From: Eledone cirrhosa
Taxonomy: Eukaryota
NCBI GenBank assembly: GCA_964016885.1
Contig: OZ024764.1
Location: 25,792,001-25,856,000 of the forward strand
DNA: 64,000 bases
Direction: 5' to 3'
Of this stretch, positions 11,671-25,250 are shown one piece after another. Made by a program: the position numbers and the translations under genes. Below the pieces are notes generated by a model, which did no database searches, was not told the origin of the DNA, and saw only the letters and a program-made list of their open reading frames with translations. Position 1 is the stretch's first letter. The number at the start of each line of letters is the position of its first letter.

Positions 11671-11787
11671 TACATATTATATTATAACATTAAATCATAC
11701 ATTTTTTAACACTACAAGTGAAGTCATACTTTTCCTTTTTTTCAAATATACCTAACTGTACCAAGGATTTCACACATTTTCCAATAA

Positions 11788-11834
<47 letters not shown>

Positions 11835-11836
<2 letters not shown>

Positions 11837-12207
11837 CAAAAGGGATATTCAATTTGTTGGTAATTCAACAAATATAAATGTTTATAACTGATTCAAAGCA
11901 CTCGACAGGTTTTCTGGAGTATAATATTCAATGATAAATAAATGGAAACTATATTTATAAAACCATATTTATTATATTATATATATTTCAAGGGTACCAA
12001 AACTTTGGTACGCTCTCATCAGATAAAATACAAAGTTTGTTTTATTAATATTGACATAACCAGGAAATAATAACTTAACGGTTCAAGTTTTTCCTGGTGT
12101 ATTTTATTTCCTTTGTATTTTATCTGATGAGAGCGTACCAAAGTTTTGGTACCCTTGAAATATATATAATAGAATAAATATGGTTTTATAAATATAGTTT
12201 CCATTTA
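11835..12207. repeat. Family C fold-back element (PLE pseudo-LTR derived) with hammerheads on both strands
   Basis: Inverted arms ~11937-12036 and ~12111-12207; similar to pLTR of the 31805-35730 PLE; (TA)n flanks. Confidence 0.85.
12116..12176 (+). ncRNA. Minimal type I hammerhead ribozyme motif
   Basis: tattttat-CTGATGA-gagcgtaccaaa gt tttggtaccctt-GAAA-tatata-TA-atagaata: 8-bp stem I, long stem II, palindromic stem III; mirror copy on minus strand ~11970-12030. Confidence 0.75.
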
Positions 12208-12225
12208 TTTAATATCATTGTATAT

Positions 12226-12229
<4 letters not shown>

Positions 12230-12285
<56 letters not shown>

Positions 12286-12385
12286 CGGAGGAAATGTGGT
12301 AAGGAACCAGGTGGACCATAACGCACCAAAGTACTCAATACTTAGGGTAGTAGAGTGGGTAATAGCCGTCGGGGTCCTACTCGTT

Positions 12386-12429
<44 letters not shown>

Positions 12430-12430
12430 C

Positions 12431-12497
<67 letters not shown>

Positions 12498-12506
12498 CAT
12501 ACATAC

Positions 12507-12545
<39 letters not shown>

Positions 12546-12554
12546 CATACATAC

Positions 12555-12597
<43 letters not shown>

Positions 12598-12714
12598 AAC
12601 ATATATATACACAAACATATATATATATATATATACATATACGTATATATATATATATACATATCATCATCATCATCATCATCATCATCTAACGTCTATC
12701 TTCCACGCTAGCTG

Positions 12715-12768
<54 letters not shown>

Positions 12769-12781
12769 TGTATATACACAC

Positions 12782-12817
<36 letters not shown>

Positions 12818-12830
12818 ATATGTGTGTGTG
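12230..12830. repeat. (TA)n/(CATA)n microsatellite block containing a family B fragment (12284-12389)
   Basis: Dinucleotide tracts; aacggaggaaatgtggtaaggaaccag... recurs at 25270-25452 (-), 25898-25995 and 37455-37592. Confidence 0.85.
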
Positions 12831-13825
12831 TAAGAACCCAGTTAAAGTGCAATCCTGTATCAAGGAGGTCTGGTGCAGCCAACTGGCCTGACCTACGTCA
12901 CTATGGGTCCACCCAGCTCCCAAATATGGATCCACTTATGACCAAGTAATGGTGCAACCAATTCGCCCTACCCCTCCCATAACAGGACCAGCCAGTTCTA
13001 TACTGTGAATATGGTTGGTGTCAGGAAGTGTATCCAGCTGTAAAAAAACAGCCAAATTACTGTTCTGCTTGAGCAAGGTATGGCGTGGACAACCGGTCTG
13101 ATCCATGTAAATGGTGATGATGATGATAATAAATAATACAGATAATTGCAAAGGTCAGATATAGATATTCATAATTCCTTTATTCTAAATCATCGATGAC
13201 ACATCTTTCTGTGGCGTTCGTGATTACATTATGCAGTCATCATACAAGCACCACCACAACTTCATCAGACAACATCTTTAGTAATAAGGTTGTTATGTTG
13301 CTAATGCAATACAAGCTATTGAGAAGGGAATGGAAAAGTTTAATGATTCTGTTATCAAGGTTCGTTCCCTGATATATATAGACACATACACACACATATA
13401 TATATTGAAATTAAGACCAAATACTGTTAATTAAATCATATTTTAATTATTGCATGTTTCTACCATCTTACAGTGTACCCCAAACATTCGTTGCCATGGC
13501 ATTCGTGGTTCCAGTTATTCATGGAATTATCCTCAGAACCTAACTAATAATTGTTCGTGGGAACCACCACATATTTGCAGAATTGTAAATATTTTCTGTT
13601 ATTTTTTATGACTTTTTCGTGGCAATATATGTTTTTAACACAAAAACGCGAGGACATGGGACGAGTTAGGTAGAAGTGGTAACACAACAGTTAGTTCACC
13701 ATACCGAGAACAATTGTTTCACCTTAGTGGATCCTCAGCTCGTAATGGACATGGTTATACAGAACAGGAAGGACAACCGTACGAACGCGCATGCGCAGAA
13801 ACGATCACTTCACACAGGCAATACT

Positions 13826-14004
13826 TGTTTCTACTTTAGGCAAGGCCAGCAATTACCCAGTGCATTACTGGTACTTTATTTTATCGACCCCGTAAGGATG
13901 AAAGGCAAAGTCAACCTCGGCGGGATTTGAACTCAGATCGTAAAGGGACGTAACTATGCTTGAAAGCATGGCGTCCGACCCTCTACCGATACTGCCAATC
14001 CACC
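13826..14004 (-). mobile_element. SINE S1 with 11-bp TSD
   Basis: caggcaatact at 13815-13825 and 14004-14014. Confidence 0.9.
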
Positions 14005-14240
14005 AGGCAATACTGAATTGCAGTTATCTCCCAAAAGTCCGAAAGTTTGGTCGGTTGGAAGTGACCACAGCTTCATAAACTACAGTGGGTGGGTGTGTTC
14101 AACTAGAAACTTTCAGACTTTCGCAGTTATCTCCCTTATACCTCTCTCACGCAATTCAGTATTGCCTGTGTGAAGCGATCGTTTCGGCGCATGCGCGTTC
14201 GTACGGTTGTCCTTCCTGTTCCGTATAACCATGTCCATTA

Positions 14241-14278
14241 CGAGCTGAGGATCCGCTAAGGTGAAACAATTGTTCTCG
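14241..14278 (+). ncRNA. Minimal hammerhead ribozyme motif (family A)
   Basis: cgag-CTGAGGA-tccgctaaggt-GAAA-caattg-TT-ctcg; weak stem II; mirror copy on minus strand 13705-13742. Confidence 0.65.
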
Positions 14279-14684
14279 GTATGGTGAACTAACTGTTGTG
14301 TAACCACTTCTATATATATATATGTACATACATACGTACACTATACACACTTTCGGAAGATGGACGTTAAACAATGATGATGATGATGATATATACTTCG
14401 TTTTTTAATGTTTTGCAATATTTTTTATATGAAAATGCATATTGAAACATGTTATACTTTGGGAAGGTCATGCTGTTTTGATGGTGATTATCATCAAAGT
14501 TCTTTTGTCACACATGCTGTGACCTCCCCAATAACTAATATTTTAGTTATTTTGTGTCTTTCTATTCTGTCCTTCACCATCTTGTTTTTGTGAGCTGTGT
14601 AGGACACAGTGGTCACTGCTGAGGTCACTATGTCTTTCTCAAACAATATATAGCTCTTTCTCTCTCTATATACATATCTCTCTT

Positions 14685-15340
14685 AAACCCAGAACAAAAG
14701 GGGTTTAAAACTCATCCCTTCAACCCTAAATCCAGAACAAAAGGGGTTTAAAACTCCCCCTTCAACCCTAAACCCAGAACAAAAGGGGTTTAAAACTCAT
14801 CCCTTCAACCCTAAACCCAGAACAAAAGGGGTTTAAAACTCATCCCTTCAACCCTAAATCCAGAACAAAAGGGGTTTAAAACTCCCCCTTCAACCCTAAA
14901 CCCAGAACAAAAGGGGTTTAAAACTCATCCCTTCAACCCTAAATCCAGAACAAAAGGGGTTTAAAACCCATCCCTTCAACCCTAAATCCAGAACAAAAGG
15001 GGTTTAAAACTCATCCGTTCAAACCTAAACCCAGAACAAAAGGGGTTTAAAACCCATCCCTTCAATCCTAAACCCAGAACAAAAGGGGTTTAAAACTCAT
15101 CCCTTCAACCCTAAATCCAGAACAAAAGGGGTTTAAAACTCATCCGTTCAAACCTAAACCCAGAACAAAAGGGGTTTAAAACTCATCCCTTCAACCCTAA
15201 ACCCAGAACAAAAGAGGTTTAAAACTCATCCCTTCAACCCTAAACCCAGAACAAAAGAGGTTTAAAACTCATCCCTTCAACCCTAAACCCAGAACAAAAG
15301 GGGTTTAAAACCCATCCCTTCAATCCTAATCCCAGAACAA
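14685..15340. repeat. 43-bp minisatellite, about 15 copies
   Basis: Unit aaacccagaacaaaaggggtttaaaactcatcccttcaaccct, with 41-bp variants. Confidence 0.95.
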
Positions 15341-15454
15341 GACTCCCCCCCCCCCTTCACTTCTGAATAAATATGTATCCCATGATGCAACAGGCCATGT
15401 TTTCTGGGAAATGGACAGATGGATAAGATATGAGATGAGATTGGATAGCGTGTT

Positions 15455-16180
15455 TGGTGGTTGTGTGGCTGTGTGTGTGGCTGTGAGTGTGGCTGTGTGT
15501 GTGGTTGTGTGTGGTTGTGTGTGTGGTTGTGTGTGTGGTTGTGTGTGTGTAGGTATTTGCGTGTTTATGTGTATAAGCCTATATATATATATTTACACAC
15601 ACATGCACTTACATATTTATGTACATACACACACACATACATTTATATACACACACACACTTACATATTTATGTACATACACACACATACATATACATAC
15701 ACACACACACTTACATATTTATGTACATACACACACATTCATATACATACACACACACTTACATATTTATGTACATACACACATACATATACATACACAC
15801 ACACACTTACATATTTATGTACATACACACACATTCATATACATACACACACAGTTACATATTTATGTACATACACACACATATATATACATACACACAC
15901 ACACTTACATAGTTATGTGCATACACACACATTCATATACATACACACACAGTTACATATTTATGTACATACACACACATATATATACATACACACACAC
16001 ACTTACATAGTTATGTACATACACACACATTCATATACATACACACACACACTTACATATTTATGTACATACACACACTTACATATATACACACACTCAC
16101 ACACACACACATACATACACACATACACACACACACTTACACATACATACATACATACATACATACTCACACTTACATTT
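15455..16180. repeat. (TG)-rich then (CA/TA)-rich compound micro/minisatellite
   Basis: Recurrent cttacatatttatgtacatacacacac units of roughly 42-48 bp. Confidence 0.9.
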
Positions 16181-16230
16181 TCGTAATCCCTCCTCCCACT
16201 CCCCTCATATATTCATTTGCAAAATATAGA

Positions 16231-18740
16231 ACTAACACCACTACCACCACTACCACTACTACTACTACCACCAACACTACCACTACCACTAACACCACTA
16301 CCACCACTACCACTACTACTACTACCACCAACACTACCACTACCACTAACACCACTACCACCACTACCACTACTACTACTACCACCACCACTACCACTAC
16401 CACCAACACTACCACTAACACCACTACCACCACTACCACCACTACCACTACTACTACTACCACCAACACTACCACTACCACTAACACCACTACCACCACT
16501 ACCACTACTACTACTACCACCAACACTACCACTACCACTAACACCACTACCACCACTACCACTACCACCACTACTACTACTACCACCAACACTACCACTA
16601 CCACTAACACCACTACCACCACTACTACCACTACAACTACTACCACCACCACTACCACTACCACCAACACTACCACTAACACCACTACCACCACTACCAC
16701 CACTACCACTACTACTACTACCACCACCACTACCACTACCACTAACACCACTACCACCACTACCACCACTACCACTACTACTACTACCACCACCACTACC
16801 ACTACCACTAACACCACTACCACCACTACCACTACCACCACTACTACTACTACCACCAACACTACCACCACCACTAACACCACTACCACCACTACCACTA
16901 CTACTACTACCACCACCACTACCACTACCACTAACACCACTACCACCACCACTAACACCACTACCACCACTACTACCACTACAACTACTACCACCACCAC
17001 TACCACTACCACCAACACTACCACTAACACCACTACCACCACTACCACCACTACCACTACTACTACTACCACCACCACTACCACTACCACTAACACCACT
17101 ACCACCACTACCACCACTACCACTACTACTACTACCACCACCACTACCACTACCACTAACACCACTACCACCACTACCACCACTACCACTACTACTACTA
17201 CCACCACCACTACCACTACCACCAACACTACAACTACCACTACCACCACCTCTATCACTACCACTACCACCACTACCACCAACATAACCACTACCAACAC
17301 TACCACTACCAACACTACCACTACCACTACCACCAACACTACCACTACCACCACTACCACCACCACTACCACCAACACTACCACTACCACCACTACCACT
17401 ACCACTACCACCACTACCACCAACACTACCACCAACACTACCACTACCACCACTACCACCACCACTACCACCAACACTGCCACTACCACCACTACCACTA
17501 CCACTACCACCACTACCACCACCACTACCACCAACACTGCCACTACCAACACTACCACTATCACCACTACCACTACCACCACTACCACTACCACTACCAC
17601 TACCACTACCACTACCACCACTACCACTACCACTACCACCACTACCACCACCACTACCACTACCACCAACACCACTACCACCACCACTACCACTACCACT
17701 ACCACTACCACTAGCACTACCACCACTAGCACTACCACCACTACCACCAACACTACCACCAACACTACCACTACAACCACTACCACCAACACTACCACTA
17801 CCACCAACACTACCACTACCACCACTACCACCAACACTACCACTACCACTACTACCACCAACACTACCACTACTACCACCAACACTAGCACTACTACCAC
17901 CAACACTACCACAACCACCACTACCACCAACACTACCACTACCACTACTACCACCAACACTACCACTACCACCAACACTACCACGACCACCACTACCACC
18001 AACACTACCACTACCACCACTACCACCAACACTACCACTATCACCAACACTACCACTATCACCACTACCACCAACACTACCACTACCACCAACACTACCA
18101 CTACCACCACTACCACCAACACTACCACTACCACCACTACCACCAACACTACCACTACCACCACTACCATCAACACTACCACCAACACTACCACTACCAC
18201 CACTACATCCAACATAACCACTACCACTACTACCACCAACACTACCACTACCACCACTACCACTACCACCACCACCACCACCACTACCACCAACACTACC
18301 ACCACCACCACTACCACCAACACTACCACCACCACCACCACTAACACCACCACCACCACTACCACCACTACCACCAACACTACCACCACCACCACTAACA
18401 CCACCACTACCACCACCACCACTAAAACCACCACCACCTACATTACCACCAACACTACCACCAACACTACCACTACCACCACTACCACCAACACTACCAC
18501 CACCACCACTAACACCACCACCACCACTACCACCACCACTACCACCACTACCACTACCACCACCACTACCACTACCACCAACACTACCACCACCACTACC
18601 ACCAACACTACCACCACCACCACTAACACTACCACCACCACTACCACTACCACCAACACTAACACCACCACTATCACCACCACAACACTACCACCACCAC
18701 CACTACTACCACCAACACTACTACCACCACAACCATCACC
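16231..18740. repeat. 2.5-kb compound trinucleotide tract (ACC/ACT/AAC)n
   Basis: Continuous ACY/AAC triplets giving spurious poly-Thr and poly-Val ORFs. Confidence 0.95.
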
Positions 18741-18754
18741 GCCTATGTGTATTA

Positions 18755-18950
18755 GGGAGGTGGAGTGGGAGAATTGGTAGAGCATCAGACACCATGTTTT
18801 GTAGTATAGAGTTACGTCCCTTTACGGTCTGAGTTCAAATCCCGCCGAGGTTAACTTTGCCTTTCATCCTTACGGGGTCGATAACATAAAGTACCAGTAA
18901 TACACTGGGTGATTGCTGGCCTTGTGCCTAAAGTAGAAACAATTATTATA
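18755..18950 (+). mobile_element. SINE S1, full length, diverged head
   Basis: B-box gagttcaaatccc, central block, gtagaaac-(ATT) tail. Confidence 0.85.
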
Positions 18951-19463
18951 AATATATATATGTGCGTGTGTGTATATATGTGTGTCTATATATATATGTG
19001 TGTATGTGTGTCTATGTATATATATGTCTGTGTGTATCTATATATGTGTGTGTGTGTTTATATGTGTGTGTGTGTGTGTATATATGTGTGTCTGTGTATA
19101 TACTTAAATGTAAGTATGTATACGTACATACATATATGTATACAGACGTACAGTAGTATGTATATATATATATACATACATGCACACATATATATGTACG
19201 TATCGGTCTACCGCTTGGTTTGTTTGTAAACAAACAGCCCGAATTACGCCGTACAGGGTTTAGCAGCCATCGTTGCTCTTTTTGTTCAACACTGACACAG
19301 GAACGATGTACTAGTTTCTAGCTTATTAACTGTCATCAGCACAATATACTTTCCTGTCAGATGATTGAACGTTTGAAAGTATATACTTTCCTTATGCATA
19401 TTAACGGCTGAGCATACTGGAATTGTATAATCAAGACCGTAGCGCTATGTCATATATCAAATC

Positions 19464-19536
19464 ATATATTTTGTCTGATGAGGACGTTCTGAAAAAACAA
19501 CATAGTACCTTTGAAATATATATAATAAAGTATATA
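19464..19536 (+). ncRNA. Hammerhead motif in family C-related element (~19400-19678)
   Basis: atatattttgt-CTGATGA(19475)-ggacgt...gtaccttt-GAAA(19513)-tatata-TA-ataaagtatat; imperfect stem II; related minus-strand copy ~60895-61055. Confidence 0.55.
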
Positions 19537-19675
19537 TTTTGATTATGAGAATATTTTTCATTTGTTAACATTTTGAATAATATTAAAAACTCCAGGAAAA
19601 ATTAATTGTTGAGTGCTTCTAATCTGTTGTAAAACTGTATTCGTTGAGTAATCAACGAACCATATTAATCTTTGG

Positions 19676-19753
<78 letters not shown>

Positions 19754-19807
19754 TACTACCTTGATTAAATCTTAACCATTTAACATCCCAGGGTATGTCA
19801 TGTATCA

Positions 19808-19865
19808 TATTTTGTCTGATGAGGACGTACCTCTGTTGTACCTCTGAAATATGTATAATAAAATG
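19808..19865 (+). ncRNA. Hammerhead motif (family C-related)
   Basis: tattttgt-CTGATGA-ggacgtac ctctgtt gtacctct-GAAA-tatgta-TA-ataaaatg. Confidence 0.65.
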
Positions 19866-20291
19866 TAATTGATAAAAAGAACATCTACCTTATTAATATT
19901 TGTATTTATATATATATATATATATAGTATGCTAGGGAAAGGATCAGGGGTGTATAACACTCCACTTATCCAGCAGGCAGTCTGAGCATATTTATATATA
20001 TTATAAGTCTGTTTTTCACCTATTTTTTACCTACTCTTACCTAATCCCATCTATCTTATCTACTCTTGTCTGTTCTCTTATCCATGTGTCTACTCTTGTC
20101 TGTTCTCTTATCCATGTGTATGCTTGTATGTAACTATATGTTGACAGCACCCCGCCCAACTGTGACTGATAGCACCCCTTATTTTTATTTTTACTTTTAT
20201 TTTTATTCTTATCCTTTATCGTCTATTATTACCTTTCATTCTTCAATGTCTTGGATTTGTTATTGCTTGTATGGTATGTAATTAACCTTTA

Positions 20292-20337
20292 TGCTCTGAT
20301 GAGTCCCACTTATAGTGCGGATGAAACAATGTTAGCA
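20292..20337 (+). ncRNA. Hammerhead ribozyme in upstream pLTR
   Basis: tgct-CTGATGA-gtcccact tat agtgcggat-GAAA-caatg-TT-agca. Confidence 0.8.
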
Positions 20338-20546
20338 AGTAAAGATATGCATATGCTATAAGCGTTCTTTGTTATTTATTATATTACGGCTCTGTCCTCA
20401 GACATTGAGCTAACCTCATACTGCCTGCTGGATAAGTGGAGTGTTATACACCCCTGATCCTTTCCCTAGCATACTGTACGGCTCCCTCTGGTTGAGCTTA
20501 AACTTTGATATACGCGGATTTGTGTCCTTGTATATTATCAGGCAGT

Positions 20547-23034
20547 ATGCTAACTAAGACATACTTACCCATTTCCTTGAAGAATATTCCCCCCCCCCCC
20601 TAAAATCTCATATGAGAAATCATTGATAACTAGCATAAACTCATTCGTAAAACGTGTTCGGTGGCGTGCGTTCCACTTTGATAGGAGGTATGATAGCCCT
20701 AAGGAGAGGCGTAGTTTTAATAATTATGGATTTAAGACCTATAGGAGCCCCCCGCATAATAGCCTGTTGGATAACTTCGAAAGTGAGCTATTATCCCTTG
20801 TTAGGAATATTAGATATAAAAAATCTAGATGTACCAATAAATTTCAGAGTAAACTAAGTTCAATCGTTAGGGACTTTAGGGATAATAAATCCATTCTGGT
20901 CCCCTCTGACAAAACTAAAAACTTATATAGTATGGATTATAAAACCTATCGAGGCTTCATTTATAATGAACTACATAGGAACTACAAAAAAACAACGCAG
21001 AGTAATTTAGATAATATTAATCTGGAGGGGTATAACATAGTGGTCAAATTAGGTCTGGATAAACACACTCAGCCTTATTACCCCAAGCAGCCTAGATTCA
21101 CCCTCAAGGACCACAAGGAAAATTTTATTAGCAGACCCTCAGTTAGGCTTATCTGCCCCTCCAAGTCTGACCTGGGGATTATTAGTAAGGGAATCTTGGA
21201 TAGCGTTATTCCCCTGGTTAGAGAAAAAACTTTCCTTGAGCTTTGGGGTAACACTAGTGAGGTCATTACGTGATTCTCTACGGATTGTGGTCGTGACTCA
21301 CTAAAATTCATCCAATTTGATATTGATGCTTATTATACATCTATATCTCCTATTGTCCTCAATAAGGCCCTCATCCTAGCCATGCAGAGGGGGGCAATTA
21401 CTAGGCCACAGATAGATATTGTTCTCGCTGCACGTAAAACCATTATCATGTTTGAGGATAATCTATGGACGAGAAAAAACACACCTGATAATTTTGACAT
21501 TACTATGGGGTCGAGTGACTCTGCTCAAGTCACCGACTTAGTTGGACTATACCTCCTCAACGAACTGCATAGTAACTTCCCTTTCCTTAGGGGCGGGTTG
21601 TACCGGGATGACGCCCTACTCTCCATAGATACTAGTAAGTATAATATAGTGCGCATTAGGAAAAAGCTGCATAGCTTTTTTAAAACATTTAACCTATCCA
21701 TTACTATGGATGTAAATGATAGAACTGTGAACTTCCTAGATGTTACACTGGACTTGGATAACCATACGTACACACCGTACCATAAGCCCAATGAACTGCT
21801 GACTTACGTGAATACCAACTCCAACCACCCTAGGTCTGTCATCAGCGGTATACTGAAGGGCGTATCTAACAGAATAAGTTCACTCTCACATAGTGAGGAG
21901 GCGTTTGACTCGCAGGCTGATTACTATAACGACGCCTTAGCTAGATCCGGCTTTAGGGACAAATTGTATTACACCCAGGGAAATAATGGTCCTAATAGTA
22001 GCTCTACCAGTGTTGTTATAACACATAATATGTCCATTGGTAATCGAGGTGTCGCGAATGGGAGGGTTCTAAATGCCGGTGGTATGAAACAGCAGGGCAC
22101 CATTAGTCTAAGTAATAACAATAGAGGTGTCGTGAACGGGAGGTTTCTAGATGCCGGTGGAATGAACCAGCAGGGCACCATTAGTCTAAGTAATAGCAAT
22201 GGTAGGCCTCGCAGCTCCCCGCATAGACTAGGTGAGCATAGGAACCGTAGAAATAATAATAATAATACTGATGGAAATAGAAAGAATAAAAAGAATAGAA
22301 GAAGATTGAATACATACTTCAACCCCCCTCTTAATTCTGAAGTGGCTATAAATATTCCTAGGGCCTTCTTCTCTGTGCTAGAACGGAACTTCCCTCCTGG
22401 TAATAGGTACCACTCTATCCTCAATAAGAATGTTGTTAAACTTTCGTATTCTACAACCCAAAATCTGGCCTCTCATCTGGCCATTACTAATAATAAGAAA
22501 ATAAAGGAAGGCCTGGACAACCTAAGCCTAGGGGAAAACACGGTAGTGGATAGAGTGGGCAGAAACACTGGTGGTGATCTTTCTGAGAATAGCATCACCA
22601 GAGGTTGTAACTGTAGAAGGGCTTCAGGCTGCCCCCTGAATGGTTTCTGCCTTGTTAGAAACATAGTTTATGCGTATGATGTGGTAACTACGGCGTCCAC
22701 TAGGACCTATATAGGATCAACCTCCACCCCCTTTAAGACCAGGTTTAACTCTCATCAATGCACTTTTAGACATAATAAACTGAGGAACTCCACCTCCTTG
22801 GCAGCGTACGTCCATAATTTAAAAAATGCACGAACACGTTACACACTTACTTGGCGGCAGGTTGCTAAATCCCATCCATATACTCCTCATAGTAGAGTAT
22901 GTAACCTGTGCCTTGCCGAATCCCACTCTATTATATTTGCTAAATGCCCTCTGCTAAATAGAAAGTCTGAAATTTTTTCCTCTTGCCCCCACCGAATATT
23001 AAGCTCTTTCTTCTACTTTAAACCTGTTAGCTAG
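20547..23034 (+). pseudogene. PLE RT/GIY-YIG polyprotein (about 828 aa when repaired)
   Basis: SLKNIP, KRVRWRAFHF, PSDKTKN, TLKDHKENF..RLICP, FIQFDIDAYYTSI, ITMGSSDSAQ, LYRDD, FLDVTL, CNC-x5-CPLNGFC, IVY..TYIG..FKTRF, CNLC..E..LNRKSE; one extra C in the C12 run (20589-20600) and one TGA at 21271. Confidence 0.9.
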
Positions 23035-25165
23035 CACTTCCTTATTCCTCCAGTTGGGCTGTCTTGTGTAACTGTCTCTGACTGTATGTAACTGTCTCCT
23101 ATTGTTGGTCGTCTATGTATACGAGTCGGTGAATGTATACGTATGCCTGTGGGAGGATATTGATCTTGATATTGGGGTGTGCAGGGGAGTGTATGTTAAT
23201 AAGCACCCCTGTTTGGCACAGTGGATGTAACCCATCCACGCTGGCCTACCCACCATTAGTGCATTGGTGGACCTATCCTGACGTATATCTTGTTGATCTG
23301 TACCTCTGTATGCGCATGAGTTGTGATGTAATGTATTTATGTAAAGCGTGTACTGCGATTTAGGCTGCACTAGTAGAAATTTAGCCTGTAACTGTGGGCG
23401 GACCCGTGCCATCCCGCCGTAAGCAGTGGATACGTGGCGCATATACGTGTTGCCCTCATATTCTGTGGTTCAAGATCTACAGGCTGACCTCTGGGAGCTC
23501 TTACCCGGGGTTGTAGTCTTTCTAGCACGATCGGCCTTCCATATATTGACGGTCGTTTTTAAGATCCCGAAAGTAACGTTTTGGCACCGATAGCCCTCCG
23601 TAGTTACTAACGGTCTGTGTACACTCGAATCGGTCAATGGCACGTGCGGACATGAATATCTCCGTAGGATTTCAACTTTATTTTACTACATCTCATCGTA
23701 TGTATTTGTTTTGAATGTATTACCTGTGGTGGTGGGTCTGGTCTAATGTGGTATTTCGGTGTTTAATATCGGCTTTGACCCGGGTGTCCTACGCTGTGTG
23801 TGTGTGCGTGTGTGTCCGTGTATACATTTATATGTGTATGGGTGTAGGTGGTTGTATGTGTCTGTATATATATATATATACCGTCTCTGCATATGCATGT
23901 GGTGTGTATACGTGCATATACGTGCTGAACATATTGATGTGTACAATCTTGTGATGTCCCAATGCGGTGACTTAATGGCTCTTGAAGCTATTTTTTATAT
24001 ATCTTCTGTCTTTTTATATATATTTTGTATGCGCTACAACTGTGTCTGCTTGCTTTAACCCGCCTGCACCTCGCTTGCTAATGCACGTGAATTCTTCTAC
24101 CTCCTTCGATGCACCTCTCTCTGACCATTGGACTCCTGCCCGTGTGTGAACCGGTTTGTGATTACCCCACCGCTCAACTGTGTGAATGCACACCCATGAC
24201 TTTCGAGTGAACTTTCGAGACTGCCCAACCTGGGACGCCTCCATTGCCTTGCAATGGTCAAGTGATACTGTTGACTGTGACACTTAGTGCCTTCGTGGGC
24301 CCCTGATGTTTTCAAGAAATATATTTTAAAAAATTGGTCAAGTGATACACATAACTGTGACACTTAGTGCCTTCGTGGGCCCCTGATATATTCAAGAGAT
24401 ATATTCTAAAAAAATATATATCTTATCTCAATTTACTTTATTTCATTTTATTTTATTTCATTTCATGTTATCTAATTTTATTTATTTACTTACTTGACTC
24501 CATTTATTTATTTATTTATTTATTTAAATTTTAATTTTAATTTTAATTTTAAAATTTAAATTTAAATTTTATTTATTTATTTAATTTTTATTTATTTATT
24601 TATTTATTTATTTAATTACATTTAATTACATTTAATTATACATTTAATTATATCTTATATTATATTATTTTAATTTAGTCTATGTTATTTGATTTTAGTT
24701 TACCTTATTTTATCTTATTTTACGATTATATTATATTATGTTCTATGTATATAATTTTTAATTTTAATTTTATATTATTTTATCTCATTCCTTACCCTAT
24801 ATTTTATATGTAAGTTTGTTATGTATTTCTTTGTATTTCTTTATATTTTCTTTATATTTTCTTATTTATATATATTATAAGTCTGTTTTTCACCTATTTT
24901 TTACCTACTCTTACCTAATCCCATCTATCTTATCTACTCTTGTCTGTTCTCTTATCCATGTGTCTACTCTTGTCTGTTCTCTTATCCATGTGTATGCTTG
25001 TATGTAACTATATGTTGACAGCACCCCGCCCAACTGTGACTGATAGCACCCCTTATTTTTATTTTTACTTTTATTTTTATTCTTATCCTTTATCGTCTAT
25101 TATTACCTTTCATTCTTCAATGTCTTGGATTTGTTATTGCTTGTATGGTATGTAATTAACCTTTA

Positions 25166-25211
25166 TGCTCTGATGAGTCCCACTTATAGTGCGGATGAAA
25201 CAATGTTAGCA
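25166..25211 (+). ncRNA. Hammerhead ribozyme in downstream pLTR
   Basis: Identical to 20292-20337. Confidence 0.8.
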
Positions 25212-25250
25212 AGTAAAGATATGCATATGCTATAAGCGTTCTTTGTTATT

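Larger units (their letters stand above)
8183..11786 (-). mobile_element. Penelope-like element (Neptune/Poseidon-like), N-terminal part, 3'-truncated, with SINE insertions
   Basis: GLKFTRTP...KLRLGEFF...IIIKEVDKGGAIIIMD...FYGLPKVHK and PSFIRDD...LVSFDLTSLYTNIPH are PLE RT motifs; upstream ORF pieces 9896..10129 and 10227..10485; segment 10509-10615 repeated inverted at 11678-11786. Upstream boundary uncertain. Confidence 0.7.
13655..14311. repeat. Family A fold-back element with hammerheads on both arms, interrupted by a SINE
   Basis: Arms 13672-13825 (+14004-14022) and ~14150-14311 are reverse complements. Confidence 0.85.

Noticed and set aside
11758-12207. Fold-back elements as MITEs or miRNA precursors
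   Set aside because: Arms are unequal, breakpoints vary between copies and sequence matches PLE pseudo-LTRs with hammerheads; a retro-origin fits better.
12205-12949. YI/CV/HT-rich ORFs here and at 15411-16186, 18909-19233, 25630-26142, 43524-43766, 58491-59510
   Set aside because: Translations of di- and trinucleotide microsatellites.
14685-15340. Interstitial telomere
   Set aside because: CCCTAA(A) occurs once per 43-bp unit, not as tandem telomeric repeats.
16063-18780. 905-aa Thr-rich ORF as a mucin-like gene (and antisense poly-Val ORF)
   Set aside because: Pure ACC/ACT/AAC tract that lacks stops by composition; start lies in a CA microsatellite; no signal peptide or domain.
20589-20600. 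Programmed frameshift at the C12 run
   Set aside because: Homopolymer slippage or sequencing error is simpler; no supporting signal seen.
21271-21273. In-frame TGA as selenocysteine (as in some Naiad PLEs)
   Set aside because: Aligns with Trp in the paralog (EVIDWF vs EVIT*F), so most likely a TGG-to-TGA mutation; domain order is C-terminal EN, not Naiad.
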